Counted from the whole stretch's first letter, positions 1 to 11,440 are shown. The stretch is 63,193 nucleotides of DNA, filler included, from Octopus bimaculoides (GCF_001194135.2; 8 parts of 7 records of this genome joined end to end with filler, not necessarily neighbours in it); one strand, 5' to 3'. Program-made: numbers and translations. Notes: generated by a model not told the origin, from the letters alone.

Positions 1-196
1 TGGGTTTCTCATTTATATATAGCCAGAACCTGAAGACCTTAAAGGAAAAACTACGAAGGGGAGAGAGAGAGGATGGAGGGGTAGACAGAGGCATGGCGGG
101 AGAAAAGATCATCATCATCATCATATATATATATAAAGAGAGAGAGAGAGAGAGAGAGGGGGGACCAGTCAAGCAGCACATCACGCTGTAATTCTT

Positions 197-234
<38 letters not shown>

Positions 235-544
235 GTGTCTGCTTACATCGAATCAAGCCAGCCAGTATACTGAGACCATTCTATGATACCATTTAAAAGT
301 ATGTCTTCATTGAGCCTGTTTAGAATTGGATCTTGGATAGTTATTGACAGAAAATTCCAGGATAGGTAGGGTAGTTGCCATCATTATCATTACTATCATT
401 ACTTTTCTTTTCATTAACATTATCATCATTTTAATTATTGTTGTTACCGTTTTTAGTTCTGTGTTTTCTTTCCACCCTAAAAACAGTTATGATGTGGAAC
501 TTACATAAAACTACATTTGAAAACCAATGACCTGTGATATTTAA

Positions 545-766
545 CCCTTTAGCATTCAGATTACAAAATGAATAAATGCTTATTTATTCACTTTGTTTTA
601 AATTTATCATTCATTATCTCATAGCTTTAAGCTTTTGATGATGTGATTGTGTATTTTGTATTTTTAGAATGACATTATAGGGTACATGTGAGATATCAGG
701 TCTGTCTGGTCTGGATATAAAACAGGTATATTTGGGCTGGATATTACTGGTTTAAAAGCTAAAGGG
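545..766. mobile_element. Non-autonomous MITE with TTAA target-site duplication (piggyBac-type termini)
   Basis: TTAA(541-544)-CCCTTTAGC ... GCTAAAGGG-TTAA(767-770). A second copy starts at 16841 and loses its right end at about 17040 to a SINE. Confidence 0.8.
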
Positions 767-880
767 TTAATAGATGTAAATCTAAGTATTGATTTATTGT
801 ATTCCTTCATTTATTTGATTCATTGATGTTATGTAAACAAATCTAATTGATGCTACCATACACTGTTTGCTGCTTCACAG

Positions 881-1072
881 GAAGATGGTCCTTTGACAAA
901 ACATGAATTGATATTCCAATATGCTTTCCAGTATGCAATTACTGTTTTGAGTATTGCATGCCCCTGTGCTCTGGGTTTGGCCACACCCACTGCTGTAATG
1001 GTCGGTACAGGGGTTGGTGCCACTAATGGCATTCTCATCAAAGGCGGTGAACCTCTGGAACTGACACATAAG
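881..1072 (+). CDS. ATP7: Cu-transporting P1B-ATPase exon, TM6/CPC (canonical version): [64 protein letters not shown]
   Basis: Acceptor ttcacag|GAA, donor AAG|gtaaga; 192 nt, phase 0/0. CPC motif and [14 protein letters not shown] are typical of ATP7A/B. Confidence 0.96.
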
Positions 1073-1925
1073 GTAAGATCTAGGGAACAGTCAGCAAGGT
1101 TTACAGAAAAGTGTTCTTTGTTAATGCTTCTCTTGGGAGATGTTCTTTGTGTTGTTTTTATATTGACAAATTTCTTTGCTTTCTTGACACTGAATTTTTT
1201 CACTTGCAGATACATCTACTTTTCTTTCAAGGTACAAACATTGTCTTTGTATGTGTATCTATGTATACATATAGGTCCATGGACTACATATATCATAGGT
1301 CATAGATATCAGATGGTCAACACATTTTTACTGATTTGAGAATATTTGGACAGCTTTAGTAATGTGATAGTCTTTTAAAATTATGGTTCAAAATTCTTAT
1401 TTAGATCAGGATGGGGATTCTGCATACTCACAGGCTGAAGTTGTTTGGCAACATTGGAAAACAACAGGTTCTTTTGCTACTTGTTGCATTGATTTTACTT
1501 GAAGTAGGATTTAACAATAGTATCACAGTATCAAAAGATTTGTCTGTTCAGTGCTTCCTACAACAATGAAATATAACTGATATCAAATTTATTTTGAAGT
1601 AATTAAAGAAGTGTGAATGTTGCAGATATTGTAGCCCCATTTGTATCCCATAGCTGTTATCTGGATATAACAGTTGGATATCTGCTGCTGCTAATAATAA
1701 TGTATATAAACAAGTCTTTTGTACAGCTTCTGGATATCTGTGTAAGACTACTTGTAGAGTTTTTGATGAACTAATATCTATCTCTTGGTTGTTTACAGGT
1801 GGATTAAACTGAAATACCAACAATTATCTGGTCTTTGATACTTGCTAGTACCTCTTCTCAGGCAAATATATTGCATTAAGACTGAAAAGAATTTTAAACA
1901 TGTATGTTTCTTACTTCATCTTCAG

Positions 1926-2117
1926 GCTTATGGTACTTGGCATTATCTTCGTGTGGTATTTACAGCTGCTGTCCAATACTCACTCACAGTTTTAACAGTG
2001 GCTTGTCCATGTGGTCTTGGTCTTGCCACACCCACAGCCATTGTTGTAAGTCTTGGGGTAGGCAGCAGTATTGGCCTTCTTATCAAAGGTGGGATTCCTT
2101 TAGAAAATATATCAAAG
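1926..2117 (+). CDS. ATP7: Duplicated alternative TM6/CPC exon of the same ATPase: [64 protein letters not shown]
   Basis: Acceptor catcttcag|GCT, donor AAG|gtaaga; 192 nt, phase 0/0, no stops, ungapped alignment to 881-1072 with 34/64 aa identical. Expression not demonstrated. Confidence 0.85.
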
Positions 2118-4684
2118 GTAAGATGGTCAGTACAGCATAACCAGGCGCTGAGTTCATGATATACCTCTGGTAATGGGCTTACACCATTTTCTTTTGCTAT
2201 GGTGATTAAAGTTGCCTACCCTTTGCTCTCCCCCTAATCTCCTTTTGAACAAACTGGAGTCTTTAATCCCATCAGCTACATTTTATTTTTAAAGCTTTCT
2301 AGTGTTCCAGCACCTTTTAAGAGAGAAAAAAAAGAACTGTTTCTTATTTACGCCACTGGTCAGATTTGGGTTTAGGAATTCTTCTTTAGCTTATTTATAA
2401 TTGTTTTTTTTTTTTCATTCAAAGCTTTTATAAAATGTTTGTATATTGAAGGTGAAAGTTACTGATGTTTCTGTCAGTGATATATTTGTCATGAAGGTAT
2501 ATTGTTATATAATTGATAATTAATTTTAACTTGATGATTTTTACCATAAATTCATATTAAAAAAATTTTTTGTTTGAAAAATTAAATAACTCACAATCAG
2601 TGTTGTATTATTAATAATAATAATAAAATGACCCCAATATTGTAACTAAGATAGAAAGATGATGTTAATAAAATGCCTTTATTTTTTTCATGGGATAGTG
2701 GTAACAAAATTGGTAGAGTGACAAGTAATATACCTTGTGTTTAGTACTGTGCTTTGGGGTTTTGAGTTCAGATCTTGTCAAAGTCAAGAACAAAGTACCA
2801 GTCAAGTATTCGGACTGATAAAAAAAAATCCATTGGTTCTTCCCTACCTAAATTTCTGGCCTTGCATCTATATAGGAAATCATAAATGTGTCATTTAAGA
2901 GTAACAGTAGGGAAAAAACAGTTGAGTGCCTTACAGAGCTAGGCTTATTTTTAATCCACTTTTTCATGCTTGCATGGGGTAGATGAATATATTTTTGAGG
3001 CACTGTTTTACAATTTGATGCTCTTCCTGTCTCTCACCCTTGCCTGTTTTTCAAGTAAGGGACCATTTATTCTACATGTCTTCAAAGGTGAACAAGGGAA
3101 ATCGCACGAACATTACTGTTTGTTACTTAGTAATTTTTATGGAAGAGCAAATGTAAACAGAGACCTCCACACACTCTAAATAGATTTCTGCCAGTTTTGT
3201 CGATAAGTATTCAGTTTGATTTACAGAACTAGCTACAAATGTATTAGTGTGTAAGTGGTTGAATATTCTACAGGCACATGTAAGCCTCAACATATTTATT
3301 ATCTGACAAAATTAGTGTGATATTCTGTAATGAGACTGGATCTTTAAATCACAAGTGCAGTCCATCTAATGAGCTTCCATCTGCACAATTTCACTCATGA
3401 GGCTTGAGGTGATCCAATACTATGGTAAATGTGACTTGTTCTATATGCTATGACATTGGATCGAACCTAGTAACTTGTGATTACAAAGTGAAGTTTTTAA
3501 CCATTTTGCCATGTTGTATTCATTCATTCATTCACACAATCACACACACGTGTGTGTGTGTAAGAAATATTGGTATTTACATGGCCCTGTCAAGTGACCT
3601 GGTATGATCACACAGTTCCTTGGATAAGTGTATGGCTCAGGTTTCACTCAAGCTTTGTTCTTGACATTCAACTTGGAAGCATATCAGGTTGTTTGAAATG
3701 GTCATTAAGTAATAGCTTTAATCTGTTGCCCAGTTTAATACCACCAGTTCTCTCTTTATTGAGTTCAGCAAAGTTCTCTCTATTGCAAGCATTTGAATCA
3801 AGTTTCTGGTCTGAGAAACGATCATATAATTGCTGTTTCATCATTTCTTTATTTCCCCTCCTCCTTTGTCACTCATGGATGCACTGCATAAAGAGATGAA
3901 TGAATGCACTGCTGGAACATGCGATAAGAAGAGACAATGGTTGAAGTAAGAAAGTTATATATTTAATCAGTAAGGTGTTCTGTTAGAGAGTGGAAAATTA
4001 AAGAAAATGCTGTCTCTTCCTTCTCTGTTAAGGCATATTGATTTTTAAAGAAAAGTGGTTGGGATGTAAGGCAGAATCAATTGGGTGGGATTTGAACTCA
4101 GAGCATAAAAGAAGATAACTAAATTTTACAAGGTGTTTAATCCTATGCATTACTAACTCTTTCATACATTATTTGAGAAGAATACTGAATATTGTTGTAT
4201 TGAAATTTATGAAATTTTATCAGTTGTAGCAGTAATATGTTTTGTAATAAAAATTCTAAAGGTTTTAATTAAACTGCTATTTTCTAATTATATTATTGAA
4301 TTTGTGTGGGTTACATTAATGCATTGTTACATTGCTCATATTAGTAAATGTAGCAATAATATTAGTAGATATGTAAGTTACTAGAATTGTGGATTATTTT
4401 TGTGGGTAGGATAGCGTTACTTTGCTCTATTAATAGCTATGTAAACATATTGATATATAGATAATATTAGTACATATATGAGGGTCACATTGTTAGATAT
4501 GTAGGTCATATAAGTGTGTGTATGTGTACATACATATATATATAGTAATAATTTTATATTTGGTTATACACCATGTAGTATGTTGTTTAAAGCCTGTTCA
4601 CAGTATTTGGTTACCTGATATCAACAACTGTATGGAGGTATTTGCCACTGGATTTACTTCAGGAATTCCAGTGCCCATAGAGTT

Positions 4685-4888
4685 TATAAAAATATGAAAA
4701 GAAAATGGAATTCACAAGACTCTTTATTATTCACTACAATTGGTTCAACTCATTGTGCACCAGTGCCTATGATGCATGCAACTGTTTGTACAGCATCTCA
4801 AGCCATGAGGCACCATTGCATGATGGGTCAAAATGATCGTAGTGAATAATAGTCTCATGGATTCCATTTTCTTTCTCTCATATTTATA
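4685..4888. mobile_element. MITE-like element with about 55-bp imperfect terminal inverted repeats
   Basis: 4685-4740 (tataaaaatatgaaaagaaaatggaattcacaagac...attattcactacaat) is near the reverse complement of 4836-4888; TA-rich ends. Confidence 0.65.
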
Positions 4889-5038
4889 CCTCAACCCATA
4901 TATATATAAAGTGGGTCACATTAATAGATATATAGGTCCTCCCCTTGTAAATATGCATATCACATTGGTAGATATATAAACCATTTTAGTTTAACATGTT
5001 GCACTTATTCAAACCATGTTTACTCTTATTTTTGATAG

Positions 5039-5221
5039 GTCAAGAACATCGTGTTTGACAAAACTGGCACCATCACTCATGGAATACCCCGTGTGGCAAG
5101 AATCTGTACTTTTGTTGAGAGTCATGTGTGTTCATTTGTGAAGCTACTTGCTATTGCAGGAACTGCAGAGACCAGCAGTGAACACCCAATTGCTGCAGCG
5201 ATTGTGAAATATGCCAAACAG
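5039..5221 (+). CDS. ATP7: ATP7 exon: phosphorylation motif DKTGT and N-domain SEHP ([15 protein letters not shown]...[16 protein letters not shown])
   Basis: Acceptor tttgatag|GTC, donor CAG|gtaatt; 183 nt, phase 0/0; DKTGT and SEHP are hallmark P1B motifs. Confidence 0.97.
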
Positions 5222-5482
5222 GTAATTTTTTTTTATAGAATATACTTTGATAAATCTGTAGATCATCTTGACATGTTCAGTGTGGTCCTCTAATATGGAG
5301 CTGTTCATTACAAGGTATGTAGATCATCTTAACACTAACAACAAACATATACTATAAGTAACTATTACTACAACTATTCTTTTACTGATTGACTGTGGCC
5401 ATGGGTTTCACAATAAAAAATATACTCAGGCTCCCTGACAGTTATAAAACCATGATTTCCTGTGTGAATGGTAGTGGGGGAG

Positions 5483-5515
<33 letters not shown>

Positions 5516-5559
5516 ACTACTACTACTACTACCACTACCACCACCACCAATAATAATAA

Positions 5560-6000
5560 TCCTTTTTACTATAGGCACAAGGCCTGAAATTTTGGGGAGG
5601 GGGATAATCGATTACATCGACTCCAGTACTCAGCTGGTACTTATTTTATTGACCCCGAAAGAATGAAGGATAAAGTTGATCCCAATGGAGTTTGAATTCA
5701 GAATGTAAGGATGGACAAAATGCTGCTAAGCATTTTTCCTGGCACATTTATGATTCTGCCAGCTTGCTGTCATACTACTACTAATAATAATAATAATTCT
5801 TTCTACTAAAGGCACAAAGCTTGAGATTTGTGGGGAGGGGACTAGTCGATTACATTGACCTCAGTGTTTCATTGGTACTTAATTTATTGACCCCAAAAGG
5901 TTTGATCTTGGCGGAGTTTGAACTTAGAACATGAAGATAGAAGAAATGCCGCAAAGCATTTTGCCTGGCATGCTAACAATTCTGCCAGCTTGCCGCCTTA
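5560..6000 (-). mobile_element. Two head-to-tail copies of tRNA-derived SINE family 1 with (ATT)n tails
   Basis: Both match the gacccc-gaaag-gatgaa...aaagtcgac...gaactcagaac...gccagctcgccgcc pattern seen at 27661-27832, with many CG>TG/CA changes; separated by (TAA)n. Confidence 0.75.
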
Positions 6001-6203
6001 CTGCTGCTGCTGCTAATAATAATAATAATGCTATTTTTCTATGTAGCTTTTAGAAGCATAGATTAAATAACTTGATGAAGTATTGGTTCCTGACTTTTTT
6101 GACAAATTTTGACTGACGTATGTTGTTCTTCCAAATTTCTGTCTTAAACTAGTGAAGATGCTGGTAGTAGCAACTCTTGGAAGTATTCATGATGAATGCC
6201 ATG

Positions 6204-6533
6204 TTATCCTTTACAATACCACCCTATGGTGTTTGTGGATCTTGATATACAGACACAGAATTTCTGAGTAGATAGATAGGGTAGGGGCTGCTGGGTGTAT
6301 GTTTCTGGTTGTAGAATATGTTGCAGGAAGGGATATTGTCCAGACAAGAAGGTATGTTGAATGTGGGTGTGGTGAAAAAATTTATTATATTTATGTGTCA
6401 GAGGGAAATGTTGCTTTAGTAGAGCTAGAATATATTTGGTTGTGTTTATGGTACTGTCCAAGTTGTATAATAGATTAAACCAGAGTACCTTACTTTTCTT
6501 GTTTCTACTCAGTGGGTAATAAACTGGTGCCAT
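6204..6533 (-). mobile_element. Degenerate Penelope-like element fragment (region C-terminal to RT)
   Basis: Translation KVLWFNLLYNLDSTINTTKYILALLKQHFPLTHKYNKFF resembles the WFNPP.S....TN....FL.L..KHFP segment of invertebrate Penelope-like proteins (recognised from memory). Confidence 0.55.
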
Positions 6534-7351
6534 TCAAGGCAGTTTCTTTTGGCTAGTTCTGAAATCTCCCGGCTTGCCTGCACAAAAGCATTCCTACCTT
6601 ATTTCATGGAGATTGCAGAGTAGTTGCTCTTGATGACCAAAGACTTGGAGTAGGCAGCCCCACCTCTAGATTACAGTCGTTTAGCTACCATCAGCATACA
6701 GCCTATACTACCACAGATGTTCTTATGTTTTGTGGTCATAGTTTTATTCTCTGTATTTTATCTAGCCAATTATATGTAAACTGTGTGGATGTGAAGTTTG
6801 CTCCCCAACTATCTGGTCTTGGGTTCAATCCCACTACATGGCACCTTAGGCAAGTGTCTTTTACTGCAGCCTGGGCTGACTAAAGTCTTTGTGAGTCCAT
6901 TTGGTAGGTAGAATCCTTGTCTAGACATTTCATAATGGTTGTAGGTGGGCATCATTGTCATACAAGCAAGGTTTTTCCTTTCCAGTTTTCCATGGAAAAC
7001 ATGTTTACCTATGGGAAAATATTACCTTACTTGGAAACAGGTGAAGGTTGGTGGCAGGAAGTGGACTTTAAATGATGACAATGTGTAACAGTTACTGCGG
7101 TGCTTTGAAGCTGTATTAACTTTGGGTATCTGTTAATGAGCACTTTATTATACCTCGTGGTAATTACCTATCAATAAAGGCATTATTGACAAAACTATTA
7201 GGATGCTAATCATGTTTGAAAATGTCCATATTAAAACCTTCAATCATAAGTGTGCAACCTGATAAAATAATTTTCTGGATGAGCTATATATATTCACAAA
7301 GGTAAGCACATTTGCCCTTTTAATACATTTTCTTTTTTATTTTTTTTGCAG

Positions 7352-7553
7352 ACTCTTAAAACAGAGATACTTGGCCAAGTGACTGACTTCCTAGCTGTCC
7401 CAGGTTGTGGATTACGTTGTAAAGTTTCCAGAGTTGAGTCATTGTTGTCCAGCATTGATATTGAAGGTGTTCACAACCGTAGAAATATGGCTGGTAGCCA
7501 AAGGGTTAAAATTGATAACATTCTTGGTTTGGAAGACAGTCCAATAATTGAAA
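7352..7553 (+). CDS. ATP7: ATP7 exon: N-domain (TLKTEILGQVTDFLAVPGCGLRCKV...SPIIE)
   Basis: Acceptor ttttgcag|ACT, donor GAA A|gtaagt; 202 nt, phase 0/1; VPGCG motif. Confidence 0.94.
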
Positions 7554-8756
7554 GTAAGTTTTTGTTTATTTTGTCCATTTTATTTTTTTATAATTGATTT
7601 CTTTTTTCTGTTTTGTTTAGCTTCTATTTTTCTATTTTCCATTCTACTTTATATTATCAGGAGATTGGATGGATATTTTAGAAATAATTGATGGAGCAAT
7701 TATTTTATATCTGTATATCATTACTGTATTCACAGCCTGACTGCAAAATGACTATCTTAGCTTGATTTTTGTTCTTTTTAATCACTTTCTATTCATTTTA
7801 ATCAAAGTTGGCTTATCTGATCTGAGTAATATGCCTACCCTGACAATATAATGGGGTGTTTCTGATATAGTTTTGACCAATGATCTACAAGTGACTCTAA
7901 TATTTCTCCCACATTTGCTTCGTTGTCATAAATGTCACAACCTTGTATATTCCCTCCACTGCCTAAACTTTAGGTTATATGTATCCTATGAAAAGAAATC
8001 AGTATGAGTTAGCAGTGAGCAATGAAGACACAGACTAAGATTATTCTTCTCGAACACACAGTTTAGTAACTATCTATCACTAATAACACTGTTTAACACA
8101 ATTTTTGTCCTTGGGTAGCAGCTGTTATTTCCTGTTTGCTTACTCCTGGAAAGTATGAAAACTGGCTAATATTTCCTTCAAACTTTGCTTGTGTTACATT
8201 TTTTCCAAACCCCCAAAACATTCCTCTCAACACATGGTTGTGATGCTCCCCCTCTATTCCTGGCCAAGATCAGAGATGCACATATTATCAGCCACTAAGG
8301 GACATGCTCAAGTGGTTAAGCTCAGGCAACTGACAAGCAAAATCTGTGGTATTGAGAAGAATATTTGCTATAATGATATTTCTGCTTCCGTAACTCAGTG
8401 CTGAATCTGTTTGAAATGTAATGGGAAATAGGTTAATTTCAAAATGTTGATGTGCAGGTCACAAAATCCAAGTTTGAAGGAAATAGTAGTCATTTCCTTT
8501 GATTTCTAGATAGAAGCAAATAGGAGATAACACTTACTGACCAAAGACAAAAAAAAAAAAAAAATTGTTACACAATATTATCAAAGACATTCCAGCAGTG
8601 ATCATCCTAACTTTTTTTCAGGCAGAGTATAGATTGACCAACAGTATTCATTTCATTGTGTTTCTAAGGTGGTAGTATGCAATATGAGGGTGATTTGGCT
8701 GCTATTTCTAGCTGGTTGACCATGCCTATCATGTGTTTCAATATTTGTTTATTTAG

Positions 8757-8918
8757 GTATGGAAGCTGTTGGTGCTACAGCATCTCAAACCTATGATGTA
8801 TTCATTGGTAACCGTGAATGGATGCGACGCAATGGACTAGAGATCACTCATAAAATTAACAACAGTATGGAAGAACACGAGGAACAAGGTCACACAGTGG
8901 TGCTTTGTGCTATTGATG
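8757..8918 (+). CDS. ATP7: ATP7 exon: N-domain (SMEAVG...VFIGNREWMRRNG...EEQGHTVVLCAID)
   Basis: Acceptor atttag|GT completes the codon A|GT; donor GAT G|gtaggt; 162 nt, phase 1/1; IGNREWM motif. Confidence 0.95.
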
Positions 8919-9603
8919 GTAGGTTCCTTAATCCTATTGATACCAAATCATCTAAGACCACTTCTGGTTTTGTTTTAACAATTCTACTAATTTCCAAATG
9001 CTCATATTTAAATTGTGACTTTCTGTTACAATGAATGTTTTTAACTATTTGATACTAAATTGCTCCAAATTCTTGATTAAAAATAAAAATCAACTGAAAT
9101 AGTTTGATAATGTATTTCAGTAGAAACATGGTAAAAGAAAGGGTAATATTTTCTACTTATTTGAAATATTTACATATCTTTTAATTTTCAAAGTTACTGC
9201 TCCTCTGTTTCTCATTGATTGGAATATTATTTCTTAGTTTCCTTTTAGAGCCATCAACTTAAAAGCAATAATTTGGGTAATTCTATATAAGAAATCATTT
9301 CTAGCTTTCTAAAATGTTTTGGCTCTTATATATCTGTCTGTCTGTCTGTTTGTCTAATTTTAAAAATTTAAAATAGGATAAAATCTTTATAAGAATTTAT
9401 CAAGTAGTCAGTGTGAAAAACTCATAAGGGAAAAATTTATAATTATTCCCTTAAAATATATTTATTTACATTAAGGGCATTACTACATGTAAATGCCTTA
9501 CACTATGAGGTACTCTTAAAGTTAAAACTACCATAATAAATACACAGTGTACCGAATGCGAGGAAATGCAACCTTTGAAGCCAACCCTTAAAATCAGATT
9601 CAG

Positions 9604-9663
9604 CTGCAAATCATATGATTTCATAGTTAGTGTACATAATCCACTTTCTAATCGTCAGTGCAG
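9604..9663 (-). ncRNA. Type I hammerhead ribozyme motif
   Basis: Minus strand: CTGCA-CTGACGA-(29-nt stem II region)-GAAA-TCATATGA-T-T-TGCAG. Stem I 5 bp perfect, palindromic stem III ATCATATGAT, NUH triplet AUU. Confidence 0.6.
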
Positions 9664-10111
9664 TCATAATCAAGACACATAAAAATGAACAAAATCAACA
9701 TACCAGATGAACACCAAATGTATCCAGCATAGTACATAGAGATGTTCACTCTTATATATCTATGTAAGAGGCGGGCTTTTCAAATTGCATCTCGGTACAC
9801 GTGTTTATTTAGAATAATTCAGCACTGAATATATTCCGGTTAAATTTAAGATTTAAAATAGGATAAAATCTTTATAAGAATTTATCAAGTAGTCAGCGTG
9901 AAAACCTCATAAGGGAAAAATTTATAATTATTCCCTTTAAATATATTTATTTGCATTAAGGGCATTACTACATGTAAATGCCTTACACTATGAGGTACTC
10001 TTAAAGTCAAAACTACCATAATAAATACACAGTGTACCGAATGCGAGGGAATGCAACCTTGTTGGTTCGTCTGGTATGTTGATTTTGTTCATTTTTGTGT
10101 CTTGATTATGC

Positions 10112-10171
10112 CTGCACTGATGATTAAAAAGTGGATCATGTACACTAACTATGAAATCATATGATTTGCAG
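10112..10171 (+). ncRNA. Type I hammerhead ribozyme motif (inverted copy, sense to ATP7 pre-mRNA)
   Basis: CTGCA(10112)-CTGATGA(10117-10123)-ttaaaaagtggatcatgtacactaactat-GAAA(10153-10156)-TCATATGA-T-T-TGCAG(10171). Confidence 0.6.
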
Positions 10172-10310
10172 CTGAATCTGTTTTTAAGGGTTGGCTTCAA
10201 AGGTTGCATTTGCTTGCGTTTGGTACACTGTGTATTTATTATGGTAGTTTTGACTTTAAGAGTCCCTCATAGTGTGAGGCATTTACGTGTAGTAATGCCC
10301 TTAATGTAAG

Positions 10311-10361
<51 letters not shown>

Positions 10362-10371
10362 ATGTATAGGT

Positions 10372-10543
10372 GCAGGAGTGACCATGTGGTAAGAAACTTG
10401 CTTCCCAACCACATGGTTCCGGGTCCAGTCCCATTGCATGGCACCTTGGGCAAGTATCTTCTACTATCGCCTCAGGCCAAGCAAAGCCTTGTAAGTGGAT
10501 TTGGTAGACAGAAACTGAAAAAAGCCCATTGCATGTATGTATG

Positions 10544-10594
<51 letters not shown>

Positions 10595-10795
10595 TTGTGT
10601 CTGTGTTTGTCCCTCCACCATTGCTTGACAACCGATGTTGGTATGTTTATGTCCCTGTCACTTAGCAGTTCAGCAAAAAGAGACAGATAGTATGAGTACT
10701 AGGCTTACAAAGAATAAGTCCTGGGGTCGACTTGCTCGACTAAAGGCGGTGCTCTAGCATGGCTGCAGTCAAATGACTAAAACAACTAAAAGAAT
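10372..10795 (+). mobile_element. tRNA-derived SINE family 2, near full length with internal (TA)n
   Basis: Head ggagtgaccatgtggtaagaaacttgcttcccaaccacatggttccgggtccagtccc (A/B-box-like), shared with 6790-6915, 11021-11440, 48955-49375 (+) and 15990-16130, 54925-55060, 56905-57058 (-). Confidence 0.8.
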
Positions 10796-11020
10796 ATATA
10801 TATGTTTCTGTTTGGGAGAAGGAGAATTAGTGCCCTTAAACCTTTTCAGCAGGTCTTCTCAGACTGGTCAGATTAACCTTTTTGATACCAACCCACCCTG
10901 GTGCTATGATACAAAATTCATGTTTTAAAATGATTTGAATTAAAAACTTAATCAAAATTTGCTGCTAAGTTACATTTGAAACAAGCTTGATAATGACAAA
11001 AATATTTTAGTAAGTTCTTC

Positions 11021-11440
11021 AGGAGTGCTGTGTGGTAAAAAGATTGCTTCCCAACCACATGGTTCCAAGTTCAGTCTCACTGTGTTACACTTTGAGCAAG
11101 CACCTTCTACTATAGTCTTGGGCTGGCCAAAGCGCTGTGAGTGGATGTGGTAGATGGAAACTGAAAGAAGCTACTTGCATATATCAGCATTTAATGTCTG
11201 CCTTCCATGCTGGCATTGGTGGGACATTTGTGTGTCTATATGTGTATCCCTCTGACTACCACTTGACAACTGGTGTTAATGTGTTTATGTCTCTGTAACT
11301 TTGCAGTTTGGCAAAAGGGACTGGTAGAATAAGTACTAAGCTTTTAAAAAATAAGTCCTGGTATCAATCTGTTTGACTAAAAAATCCCTTGAAGGTGGTG
11401 TTCCAGCATGGCCACAGCCAAAATGACTGAACCAAGTAAA
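11021..11440 (+). mobile_element. tRNA-derived SINE family 2 copy
   Basis: Colinear with 10372-10795 from head to the tail aaatgactgaaccaagtaaaa. Confidence 0.75.

Larger units (their letters stand above)
9366..10319. mobile_element. Composite direct/inverted repeat element A-B-C-A-B'-A' (Penelope-like pLTR or retrozyme type) in an ATP7 intron
   Basis: 210-bp direct repeats 9366-9575 and 9851-10060; 10065-10319 is the reverse complement of about 9456-9712; copies differ by scattered substitutions; two hammerhead motifs inside. Confidence 0.8.

Noticed and set aside
853-1215. Antisense ORFs over ATP7 exons and similar shadows over LINE and mariner fragments
   Set aside because: Shadow frames of the true coding strand, without recognisable motifs.
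1890-1928. Minus-strand CTGAAGA...GAAA-CATACATG-T near the alternative exon acceptor
   Set aside because: No stem I or stem II; explained by the polypyrimidine tract and cag acceptor.
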